Shown: positions 1 through 8,109, counted from the stretch's first letter. The stretch is 64,000 nucleotides of DNA from Candidatus Latescibacterota bacterium (GCA_965203805.1 OZ241917.1:128001-192000); one strand, 5' to 3'. Program-made: numbers and translations. The notes: generated by a model not told the origin, from the letters alone.

Positions 1-1
1 A

Positions 2-52
2 CTCTTTGACGCGGCGGCGGCATTGATCGATGCCCTGGGAGCCAGGATATGA
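2..52 (+). CDS. 3' end of an upstream gene (possibly BatD-like), partial
   Basis: Open frame LFDAAAALIDALGARI* whose stop overlaps the next start (ATGA); identity inferred only from the BatE neighbour. Confidence 0.4.
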   Translation, partial: LFDAAAALIDALGARI

Positions 53-876
53 CGTGCCTGCGCGCGCCGTCCGTCCGGCTGCGGAGGCGTCGCCGGGCGT
101 CGGAAACCGGCGCCTCCTCCGCGGGTCCGGTTGCATGGGCGGCAGTGGCCGTGCTTCTGCTTGCCGGCAGCGCCCGCGGCGCCGGGACCGGCGCGCATGG
201 GTATAATGAGGCGAATGCTCTTTACAGGCAGGGCGAATTCAGGAAGGCGGCGGGTCGGTACGAAGAAGTGGTGTCGCAGGGTGTGCGGAACGGCAACGTT
301 TTTTTCAATCTGGGCAATGCCTGGTTCAAGGCCGGCGAAATCGGCCAGGCCATTCTGGCCTATGAGCGGGCCCTGAAGCTGATGCCGGGCGATGAAGACG
401 TGCTCTCGAACCTGCGCTTTGTGAACGCCCACAAAGAAGACAAGAGTCCCGAAGAAGACGTCAATCTTCCAACCCGCCTGCTGTCGTCCGCTTACCGCGT
501 GCTGAGCGCCAATGTACTGGCCGTTTTGAGCAGCATCAGCCTGTTTTTGATGTCGGCGGCCGCCGTTCTGTGGCTGTATTCGATTCCTCGCCGTTCGCTA
601 TCGATCGGGCTGCTCGTGCTGGCAGGGGTGGGATTGTGCGGTTCAGGCTCTCTGCTGACGTACAGGGTCTATAACGAGACCTCGGCTTCAGAAGCGATTG
701 TTCTGGCGGACGAGGTACAGGGACGAAGCGGCCCCGGGAACGACTATCTGCTCGTATTCACGATCCATGAGGGTACGAAGGTGGCCGTCGAACGGCTGGA
801 AAGCCGCTGGTATCTGGTGCGACTGCCAAACGGGATCGGCGGGTGGGTGCCGGGGGAGACGGTGGAGAGAATCTGA
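49..876 (+). CDS. batE: BatE-like TPR + transmembrane + SH3b protein
   Basis: Signal-like hydrophobic stretch, TPRs (FFNLGNAWFK...YERAL), two TM helices, C-terminal SH3b (HEGTKV...W...LPNG.GWV). Confidence 0.75.
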   Translation: MTCLRAPSVRLRRRRRASETGASSAGPVAWAAVAVLLLAGSARGAGTGAHGYNEANALYRQGEFRKAAGRYEEVVSQGVRNGNVFFNLGNAWFKAGEIGQAILAYERALKLMPGDEDVLSNLRFVNAHKEDKSPEEDVNLPTRLLSSAYRVLSANVLAVLSSISLFLMSAAAVLWLYSIPRRSLSIGLLVLAGVGLCGSGSLLTYRVYNETSASEAIVLADEVQGRSGPGNDYLLVFTIHEGTKVAVERLESRWYLVRLPNGIGGWVPGETVERI

Positions 877-987
877 AGTGCGCATCGCTCGTTCACAAGG
901 CGGCGGTGCGCTCGATGCGGGCCGTCATGAACAGAAACGACCCGTTTTCCGAAACGTGTCTGTATCTCATTTGAACCAGGGGTCTGC

Positions 988-2334
988 ATGAGGCCTTATA
1001 GCGCCTGGTTTCGGTGTTTCAGAGGATGCGGCGGTCGTTATCCGCTCACGCAGATCATCTATGCGTGTCCGAAGTGCGGCGGTCTGCTCGAGGTGCGCCA
1101 CGATGTGGAAGCGCTGCGCGCCAGTTCCCCGAATTATTGGCGCCGGCTGTTCGATAGCAGGTATATGCGCACGCAATGGCCGTACGGCAGCTCGGTCTGG
1201 GGCAAGAAGGAAATGGTCTGCCCCGTCGTGGACGACGACAACGTGGTATCGATGTATGAAGGGGGAAGCAATCTGTTCTGGGCGGAGCGCCTGGGACGCG
1301 AGATAGGTGTGGAGGACCTGTGGGTCAAGCAATGCGGAAACAGCCACACCGGCTCGTTCAAGGATCTGGGAATGACGGTGCTGGTGTCGATGGTAAAGCA
1401 GATGGTCGCGGAGGGCCAGCGCATCCCGGCTGCCGCGTGCGCCTCGACCGGAGATACGTCGGCGGCGCTGGCCGCATATTGCGCGCACGCGGGCATACAG
1501 GCGGTGGTGTTCCTGCCACGTGACAAGGTCTCCACGGCCCAGCTGGTGCAGCCGATGTCCAACAATGCGCTCGTACTGAGCCTGGATACGGACTTTGACG
1601 GGTGTATGAAACTCGTTCAGGAGATATGCCACACGGAGAACATCTACCTGGCCAACTCGATGAATTCGCTTCGCGTGGAGGGCCAGAAAACCGTCAGCGT
1701 GGAGTTGCTCCAGCAGTTCGATTGGGACCTGCCGCAATGGATCGTGGTTCCCGGTGGCAACCTGGGAAACGTCAGCGCATTGGGCAAGGGGTTCAGCGAG
1801 TTACGGGAGATGGGTCTGATCGATCGCGTGCCTCGAATCGCGGTTGCCCAGAGCGCGCGGGCGAATCCGCTTTACCGGAGCTACCGCAACGGCTTCGATG
1901 TCTTCGAACCGCAGACGGCCGGAACGACCCTGGCCAGCGCCATCCAGATCGGGGATCCGGTCAGTACCGAAAAGGCGATCCGGACCCTGAAGAGCATCGG
2001 CGGCGTGGTTGAGCAGGCAACGGACCAGGAACTGGCGGATGCGGCGGCGCGGGCGGATCGAACCGGGTTGTTTGCATGTCCGCATACGGGAGTGGCCTTT
2101 GCGGCGCTTTTCAAGCTGGTGGAACGAGGCGTCATTCGAAAAGATGAGCGGGTTGTGGTCATATCCACCGCCCACGGACTGAAGTTCGCCGAGTTCAAGA
2201 TCGGGTACCATCAGGCGCAACTGGCGTCGTTCGACGTCGACCCGACCTATGCGAATCTGCCCGTGGAACTGCCGGCGGAATACGGACCGGTTCGGGACCG
2301 GATCTTTCGCACGCTTGATCTGAACGGCGGTTGA
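988..2334 (+). CDS. thrC: Threonine synthase (plant-type)
   Basis: PLP lysine motif [31 protein letters not shown]; N-terminal [12 protein letters not shown] as in plant threonine synthase. Confidence 0.93.
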   Translation: MRPYSAWFRCFRGCGGRYPLTQIIYACPKCGGLLEVRHDVEALRASSPNYWRRLFDSRYMRTQWPYGSSVWGKKEMVCPVVDDDNVVSMYEGGSNLFWAERLGREIGVEDLWVKQCGNSHTGSFKDLGMTVLVSMVKQMVAEGQRIPAAACASTGDTSAALAAYCAHAGIQAVVFLPRDKVSTAQLVQPMSNNALVLSLDTDFDGCMKLVQEICHTENIYLANSMNSLRVEGQKTVSVELLQQFDWDLPQWIVVPGGNLGNVSALGKGFSELREMGLIDRVPRIAVAQSARANPLYRSYRNGFDVFEPQTAGTTLASAIQIGDPVSTEKAIRTLKSIGGVVEQATDQELADAAARADRTGLFACPHTGVAFAALFKLVERGVIRKDERVVVISTAHGLKFAEFKIGYHQAQLASFDVDPTYANLPVELPAEYGPVRDRIFRTLDLNGG

Positions 2335-2359
2335 CAGGGATGTGAGAATTGGTTACATT
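2331..2359 (+). promoter_or_regulatory. Sigma70-type promoter for the leader and CGS gene
   Basis: TTGACA-N17-TACATT overlapping the thrC stop. Confidence 0.7.
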
Positions 2360-2367
2360 GGTTGGCC

Positions 2368-2391
2368 ATGTTCAGCGTAGTGGTGATTTGA
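2368..2391 (+). CDS. Putative leaderless attenuator peptide MFSVVVI
   Basis: ATG ~8 nt after the -10 box; codons GTA GTG GTG ATT; followed by complementary CCACTAT and a terminator. Confidence 0.55.
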   Translation: MFSVVVI

Positions 2392-2419
2392 GGCATATTG
2401 CAGCCACTATAAAGAAATC

Positions 2420-2493
2420 GCTAAAAAGCTCATGACCGGATCGACGTTTGCGTATTCAGGTTCTCTGGGGCTTTTTAGCTTCAGTTTTTTTTT
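2420..2493 (+). terminator. Attenuator-type intrinsic terminator
   Basis: GCTAAAAAGCTC pairs with GGGCTTTTTAGC, followed by TTCAG and T9. Confidence 0.65.
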
Positions 2494-2512
2494 GTGGGTA
2501 CCGGAGGAGGCG

Positions 2513-3706
2513 ATGAAAAAAAGCCCATCGACTGATGGCGCCTGCAGTTCCACCCGTGCGGTCCACGCCGGCGAAAAGGGTGGGCATTGGGGCCATTCTC
2601 TCACGGTCCCGATCGCGCAAACGTCGACCTACGTATTCGAGAATACGGAGGCCGTGGACGATTTCGTGTCCGGGCGATCCCCCCGCCTCGATTACGGGCG
2701 CTACGGTAACCCGACACAGCAGATTGCGGAACGAAAGCTGGCTGAGATTGAGGGAGCCGATGCGGCGCTGTTGTTTTCGTCCGGCATGAGCGCCGTGACA
2801 ACGACGCTTCTTGGCATGTTGTCCACGGGTCACCACGCCGTGATTGCCGACGACTGTTATCGAAAGACCGCTCAATTCTGCGAACAGGTTCTGAGGAAGT
2901 TCGGAATCGCCACAACCTTCGTACCCGCGGGCGACTATGAGCGGCTGGCTTCGGCCATGCAGGAGAATACGAGGGTCGTAATTGCGGAATCTCCGACCAA
3001 CCCGCACCTGAACGTGATGGATCTGGAGAGGGTGGTTCCAATCGCAAAGGCGAACCGTGCGAAGGTCGTTATAGACAGCACGTTTGCCACACCGTTCAAC
3101 CAGCGTCCCCTCGAGTTCGGCGTCGACCTGGTCATTCACAGCGCAACCAAGTACCTGGGGGGCCATAACGACCTGATTGCAGGCGCCGTACTCGGCCCCG
3201 AGCCACTGGTATCGGCTATAAAGGACTATCGAGGAATCCTGGGCGGGGTGATCGACCCCCACTGTACCTATCTGCTGATCAGAGGCATCAAGACATTTCC
3301 GTTACGGATGGCGCGCCAGAACGAAACGGCGCTGGCGCTCGCCCGCTTTCTGGAGGGGAACGTCAAGGTGCGCCAGGTCTACTATCCCGGACTGGAGAGC
3401 CACCCGCACCACGGGGTCGCGCGGGAGCAGATGCATGGGTACGGCGGCGTGGTGAGTTTCGACCTCGATGCGGACCTGGGCGGAACCATGGCGTTCCTGG
3501 ATCGCCTGAAGGTTCCGTGCATCGGGGCCAGCCTGGGCGGCGTGGAGAGCATCGTATCCCATCCGTCAACCATTTCCTACTATGAGATGGCGCGGGAAGA
3601 CAGAGTCGCCGTTGGAATCAAGGACGAATTGGTGCGCTATTCCGTCGGTGTCGAGGACGCGAAAGACCTGATCGAGGACGTGGAACGGGCCCTCGAGACC
3701 ATTTAA
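2513..3706 (+). CDS. metB: Cystathionine gamma-synthase-like Cys/Met PLP enzyme (plant-type)
   Basis: YGRYGNPT, SGMSA, DCYRKT, ESPTNP, HSATKYLGGHND; RBS GGAGG before ATG 2513. Confidence 0.85.
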   Translation: MKKSPSTDGACSSTRAVHAGEKGGHWGHSLTVPIAQTSTYVFENTEAVDDFVSGRSPRLDYGRYGNPTQQIAERKLAEIEGADAALLFSSGMSAVTTTLLGMLSTGHHAVIADDCYRKTAQFCEQVLRKFGIATTFVPAGDYERLASAMQENTRVVIAESPTNPHLNVMDLERVVPIAKANRAKVVIDSTFATPFNQRPLEFGVDLVIHSATKYLGGHNDLIAGAVLGPEPLVSAIKDYRGILGGVIDPHCTYLLIRGIKTFPLRMARQNETALALARFLEGNVKVRQVYYPGLESHPHHGVAREQMHGYGGVVSFDLDADLGGTMAFLDRLKVPCIGASLGGVESIVSHPSTISYYEMAREDRVAVGIKDELVRYSVGVEDAKDLIEDVERALETI

Positions 3707-3726
3707 CGAGACAAGGGAGCGAGGCC

Positions 3727-4506
3727 GTGGTGACGCGGCCCTTCGAATGTATGTTCGGTCCGTTCCTCATGTTCGCATTGCGGGCGCCGTTACAGGACGT
3801 GCGGTGGCGGCAGAAGATCCTGGTGGGGGGGTTGCTGTCCCTTCTGCCGAGTCTGGCGCTGCTGCTCGCCGTTTTTATGGCGCTTGGGAAAGTCACCATG
3901 TTGCTGGCGCCCGTCGCGGTGGTATTCTTCTTTTTTCCGACGCTCGTTTCCTGGGGGTATATATATCGGGTCTTTGTCGACGCGTTGAACGGAATGGAAT
4001 TCCGGCAACTGCCCGATTGGGGCGCATGGAAGCAGTACGCGGGCGTGGGGGTGCGGCTGGGCGTTATCTTTTTCGGATATCTGTTTCTGGCCGGTCTGGG
4101 CGCGCTTGCCGTGATGGCGGTTCTGGGACTGGTACCGCCGGGAAAGGATCCGACCCGGCTAAGCGCGGTCACAATGCTTGTTATCGCTGCCGCGATGCTG
4201 CTCTACGGGCTCCTGCCCGTGGTATTCGCGCGGTTTGCAGCCGAGCGCAAGATATGGGCTTCATTCGATCCTGGCGCAATCCTGTCGGACATTCGGCGGG
4301 TGATTCGGGGCGGGCGGTATACACAGGCGTGTCTTGCGTTCTATCTCGCTTACGGATTGCTGCTCTTCCTGAACTTGCTGCTGGGCGCCGTGCCGCCAGT
4401 GGCGATGTTTATCGGTTCGATTGGCTCGTTTTACCTGATGGTGGTTTTTGCCTGGGTATTCGGATGGCTGATCGGGAATCGGGGTGCGGAGCGTTCAGAC
4501 CGGTAA
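3727..4506 (+). CDS. Integral membrane protein, DUF4013-like
   Basis: Multiple TM segments, GY...LPDW motif; start uncertain. Confidence 0.6.
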   Translation: MVTRPFECMFGPFLMFALRAPLQDVRWRQKILVGGLLSLLPSLALLLAVFMALGKVTMLLAPVAVVFFFFPTLVSWGYIYRVFVDALNGMEFRQLPDWGAWKQYAGVGVRLGVIFFGYLFLAGLGALAVMAVLGLVPPGKDPTRLSAVTMLVIAAAMLLYGLLPVVFARFAAERKIWASFDPGAILSDIRRVIRGGRYTQACLAFYLAYGLLLFLNLLLGAVPPVAMFIGSIGSFYLMVVFAWVFGWLIGNRGAERSDR

Positions 4507-4558
4507 CGCCGTCTGTCGGCCGTCCCGGTTTCGAGTGTGACCGGACTTCGCGGACTGC

Positions 4559-4728
4559 CAGTGTTCTGTCCCGGAAATAAGTTGCCTGAATTCGGCCGTG
4601 GGAAAGCGGCAATTATCTAAAGGCGGTGAGACGGGAGAGTTGAGACGGGATGAATCGGCCTGCCTGCAGCTCAGGGCACTGCGCAGGCAGGCGGAAGAAT
4701 GGTGAGGTATTTATGGGTCAGGACACTA
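4559..4728. mobile_element. MITE-like element, copy A
   Basis: TIRs GTGTTCTGTCCC (4561) / GGGTCAGGACAC (4726); both ends match the reverse complement of 23558-23723; the right end forms the epimerase stop codon. Confidence 0.8.
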
Positions 4729-5640
4729 GACCTGCGCCCACGCGGCGTCGAGAACCCTCTTGGCGTTGGCGATGACGATTTCGGGTGATTCTCCCTCCAT
4801 CGGAGAAACTTCGAAGCTGAGAATCGGGCGTTTCTCAGGATCCAGAAAGCCGATGTCGAGCAGTTCACTGAGGAATTCAACGGCTTCGGGAATGTCGTTC
4901 TCGCCGTCTTCGCAACCGAATCGGGGGTGGTTGTCCCCGTATGCCGGATGATTGGGGTTTCGCATTACGCAGTTGCCGATATGGGCATGAACCAGGTGGT
5001 CGCGTGCGATTCGCAGTGCATATTCCGAGGTTTCACCCTGAAGGGGGAAATGACTCAGGTCCAGCATCAATCCGAAGTTCGGGTACTCCCGCCTTACCCT
5101 GGAAGAAACTTCGACTGCCAGCGCATTCGGGCCGACGAGACAGTGCTTGCCGAAGGGCACCCGGTCGAACGTTTCGAGTACGATGTTCATGTTCCTGCCG
5201 GCCGCTTCTTCGCATAGGCGATAGAGAGAGTCGACCAGCAGGTCCACGCCCCGCTCGCGGGCTCCCGGACCGGGATCGATGCCTGAAAGCAGGGCAACCC
5301 CCGGAGCGCCGAGTGCTTCGGCCTGCCCGATGCCTGCGATGACCGCGTCCACCGCGCCGAGCCTGTGGCCCTCGTCGTCGGCGTTGATGTTCAGGTTGCC
5401 GCCAAGAAGAATCGGTTGGGCGCCGAAGGCCACGTCCATATGGGCGGCCTGCAGCAGTTCGGCGGCTTCCGCACGTACCTTTTCGTCCTTCATATGGGTG
5501 ACTTCCACCGCCTGGAAATAGGGATCGAGCGCGATCCTTTCCAGTGTCTCAACAATCGGCCCTTCACCGCCGATACAGGATTTGTACGCCATAAAATGTA
5601 CAATGCCGATTCGAGCGTAGTTCTGAATAGGTTCGGTCAC
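4726..5640 (-). CDS. Sugar phosphate isomerase/epimerase (xylose isomerase-like TIM barrel)
   Basis: LETFD, LDLSH, HAHIGN, SFEV metal-ligand pattern; GTG start with AAGGAG RBS. Confidence 0.8.
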   Translation of the reverse strand: MTEPIQNYARIGIVHFMAYKSCIGGEGPIVETLERIALDPYFQAVEVTHMKDEKVRAEAAELLQAAHMDVAFGAQPILLGGNLNINADDEGHRLGAVDAVIAGIGQAEALGAPGVALLSGIDPGPGARERGVDLLVDSLYRLCEEAAGRNMNIVLETFDRVPFGKHCLVGPNALAVEVSSRVRREYPNFGLMLDLSHFPLQGETSEYALRIARDHLVHAHIGNCVMRNPNHPAYGDNHPRFGCEDGENDIPEAVEFLSELLDIGFLDPEKRPILSFEVSPMEGESPEIVIANAKRVLDAAWAQV

Positions 5641-5856
5641 AACAACGACTCCTTTCCTGCCTCGCGATTTCGCTGGTCCGAAACGTGAGGCAAGCGATCT
5701 GGCAAACGGGCATGCGAGGCCGACTCCCTTCAGCCGGGACGCGGCGGGCAATTGGCTCGGTCGAATTACCCGGGAAGCGTCGGCGCTGGAGGAATGGCGG
5801 GGCCAAAAATACGCATTCATGCCGGTTTTGTCAAACGGCAATTCGCACTTTTCCGC

Positions 5857-5885
5857 TTGACTTCAGGGGCGCCGGTCTGTATTTT
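5857..5885 (+). promoter_or_regulatory. Promoter for tRNA-Tyr
   Basis: TTGACT-N17-TATTTT; a divergent TTGACA-N17-TATTTT lies on the minus strand at 5806-5834. Confidence 0.5.
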
Positions 5886-5909
5886 TTCTGCTTCGATTGC
5901 ACGGCACGT

Positions 5910-5995
5910 GGGGAGGTACCCAAGCGGTCAACGGGGGCAGACTGTAAATCTGTTGGCTGACGCCTTCGGTGGTTCGAATCCGCCCCTCCCCACCA
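5910..5995 (+). tRNA. tRNA-Tyr(GTA)
   Basis: GGGGAGG acceptor stem, anticodon loop CTGTAAA, long variable arm, GGTTCGAATCC, encoded CCA. Confidence 0.96.
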
Positions 5996-6011
5996 TTTCC
6001 CGGGCCCCGCG

Positions 6012-6041
6012 CCCCTCCTCAAACGGAGGGGTTTTTATTTT
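6012..6041 (+). terminator. Intrinsic terminator after tRNA-Tyr
   Basis: CCCCTCC-TCAAAC-GGAGGGG followed by TTTTTATTTT. Confidence 0.85.
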
Positions 6042-6073
6042 CTGTCGCGCTTATCGGTTTTCTATCCCGTTCC

Positions 6074-6675
6074 TCCTGTCCACCCATGTCAATTGCAGTA
6101 GGTGAAAATGACTGCAAAAGACGCCAAACATGGATACACAGGATAGGCAGGATGAAAAGCAAAATTCGGAAAAAACTAACCTTAATTCGTAAAAAGACAA
6201 CCGAAAAATCGGCCACAAAAAGCACAAAAGACACAAAGGGCACGGCTGCGAAACGGCGTGTAGAGGTCGTCCAAAGGCATGTATTCTCGGTTCACGTCCA
6301 GTGACCTGAAGGTTCCTGAAAATCCGACGTCAAATCGCCTTAATTCACCTGCGTTTATTCGAATTCACGTTCCCTGAGAACCACGAATCACGGCCAAAAC
6401 CTGAGATATCCGTGAAAACCGGTGGGTTTGTTGCCAAATCGGTTGATTATCAATAACATTAGCGGAGAATATATCGAAAACCATGAAGCGTCCGGAATCG
6501 TTTTGGCTCGCGTTATATTGGGTTTCAGGGTGTTCGTTGTGTTGGCGTGCGGTCCTATGGTGAGTCGATTCCCTGCCGTTACTGGTTTCGTCTCGCTTTT
6601 CGTGTTTTTCGTGTGTTTCGTAGTTTCTGATTTTCGTTTTGTCGCGCTTTCCGGTTTTCATCCTGTCCATCCATG
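6074..6675. repeat. Nested inverted array of 9-nt-periodic repeats
   Basis: A: CATGGATAC-ACAGGATAG-GCAGGATGA (6129-6155) with inverse TTTTCATCCTGTCCATCCATG (6655-6675); B: CCACAAAAA-GCACAAAAG-ACACAAAG (6213-6238) with inverse TTTTCGTGTTTTTCGTGTGTTTCGTAG (6597-6623); extra inverse-A unit at 6074-6093. Confidence 0.7.
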
Positions 6676-7460
6676 GTGCGCCGTGAAAAGGCGCGGAACT
6701 CCAGTGGGTGAGAGTCCCACCCGACAAATGTTGCTGCAGTCGGTAGCAACCGGAGCGGGGGTGAAGGTAACGACATCTCCGAAGCCTCCGGTGTAAAGGG
6801 TCGCAAGGCGACTCGGCGAGTATGCGGGCCGAAACGTGCAGTGAACGCTGAGCAGGCCTCGAAAAAGGTAATGCGGGAGCCGACCCGCCCATGGATCGGG
6901 GAAGGCCGCCGTCGTTGGAAAAAGAGAGCAACGCGCGCATCCAACGGTCCCGCCTGCCTGTCCGAGGGACGCAGGCAGGCCGGGGTAATGGCGAAGGCAC
7001 GTATACAAGGAGATCCGACGCAACACGGGAAGCCCCAGCGGTGGTGTATAGACACCAACCGGACGCCCGTGAGGGACAGGTCGGGCCGTATGGGGTGGCG
7101 GACAGGCTCGTAGTACCCGTGAAGCCGGGTAATGCCGGTGGAGGGAAGGGGCCTGACTTCGGATGTGCTTGTGAAGGGGACAACGGTCGGGAGAGTGGCG
7201 CAAGCCTATTACCTCCTCTAAAAGTAGATGAGGCGACTCCAGAGCAAGCTTGGGCTTCAGGTGAAGCTGTCCGGGCAGTGCGGGCAGCGTGTGCCTGAAG
7301 GCGACGTCCGTCGGAGAGCCGGATGCGGGAAAACCGCACGTCCGGTTCGATGAGCGGGATGTGGAAACGGAGCACGGAGCGGCTATTGAGGCACCGCCAG
7401 ACGAAAGGGGCGGAAACAGATAGGCCACTCCTAAACCACCGCGCCACATCTCGACTCTAC
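6676..7460 (+). mobile_element. ORF-less group II intron ribozyme (IIB-like)
   Basis: 5' GTGCG, 3' CTCGACTCTAC; domain V GAGCCGGATGCGGGAAAACCGCACGTCCGGTTC (~7316-7348); EBS1 CATGGA(T) at 6890 complementary to exon (A)TCCATG; domain IV reduced to IEP-like fragments. Confidence 0.93.
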
Positions 7461-7508
7461 TAAATTCCGTTTTGAGAATTGACGGGATGAAGTTTGCGAG
7501 CGCGATTA

Positions 7509-7550
7509 TTGACAAAAATTCTTGACATCCATACCTATATATTATAACTT
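7509..7550 (+). promoter_or_regulatory. AT-rich promoter region for the tRNA-Gly/Thr-rpmG operon
   Basis: Two TTGACA hexamers (7509, 7522) and TATAAC/TAACTT -10-like boxes. Confidence 0.55.
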
Positions 7551-7621
7551 GTTAAGTCTGGAAACTTTCAGGGCCGGCATTCTTGCGTGTACGACCCGCA
7601 GATCGTCGTTTCCTGTTCTGC

Positions 7622-7698
7622 GCGGGAATAGCTCAGTTGGCTAGAGCGTCAGCCTTCCAAGCTGAATGTCGCGGGTTCGAGTCCCGTTTCCCGCTCCA
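7622..7698 (+). tRNA. tRNA-Gly(TCC)
   Basis: GCGGGAA stem, anticodon loop CTTCCAA, GGTTCGAGTCC, CCA. Confidence 0.96.
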
Positions 7699-7752
7699 AT
7701 TTCCTGCGGGCTGCGTTATCAGCCCTTTTCTGTCGTGCAGACGGGGTACAGG

Positions 7753-7828
7753 GCCCATGTAGCTCAGTCGGTAGAGCACCTCCTTGGTAAGGAGGAGGTC
7801 ACCGGTTCGAGTCCGGTCGTGGGCTCCA
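7753..7828 (+). tRNA. tRNA-Thr(GGT)
   Basis: GCCCATG stem, anticodon loop TTGGTAA, GGTTCGAGTCC, CCA. Confidence 0.96.
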
Positions 7829-7850
7829 GAACAACGTCCGGTCCCCATCC

Positions 7851-8003
7851 ATGCCCAGAGATCTGATTACATTGGCCTGCGCCGATTGTGCGCGCCGGAA
7901 TTATACGACGAACAAGAACCGGCGATTACACCCGGACCGCGTCGAATTCAAGAAATACTGCAGGTTCTGTCGCAAGCATACCCTGCACCGGGAGACTCGC
8001 TGA
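7851..8003 (+). CDS. rpmG: 50S ribosomal protein bL33 (Zn-binding form)
   Basis: Manual translation [23 protein letters not shown]...[17 protein letters not shown]; absent from ORF track. Confidence 0.95.
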   Translation: MPRDLITLACADCARRNYTTNKNRRLHPDRVEFKKYCRFCRKHTLHRETR

Positions 8004-8033
8004 GATTCAGGATTCACTGCAGATTTTGGGGTT

Positions 8034-8109
8034 AGGGCAGTAGCTCAATTGGTAGAGCACCGGTCTCCAAAACCGGTGGTTGCGGGTTCGATTCCTGCCT
8101 GCCCTGCCA
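8034..8109 (+). tRNA. tRNA-Trp(CCA)
   Basis: AGGGCAG stem, anticodon loop CTCCAAA, GGTTCGATTCC, CCA. Confidence 0.96.

Noticed and set aside
2360-2512. SAM riboswitch or T-box upstream of the CGS gene
   Set aside because: No SAM-I core (ATC.AGAG...GCAACC...GTGC) and no T-box AAGGTGG.ACC motif visible; the uORF attenuator fits better
2432-2512. 27-aa N-terminal extension of CGS in the ORF track (potential MTO1-like arrest peptide)
   Set aside because: It runs through the terminator T-tract, lacks an RBS and does not resemble MTO1; the strong GGAGG favours ATG 2513
6100-6675. Possible CRISPR array or integron attC array
   Set aside because: Repeats are short, 9-nt periodic and inverted, with no constant repeat-spacer pattern; no cas or integrase gene in the window
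6365-7515. Long ORFs across the intron (6365-7447 minus, 6658-7515 minus, 6891-7298 plus)
   Set aside because: They are translations of the structured intron RNA or its antisense strand; no RT motifs (YADD) are present
5996-7620. tRNA-anchored integrative element or prophage
   Set aside because: No integrase and no duplicated tRNA 3' end seen
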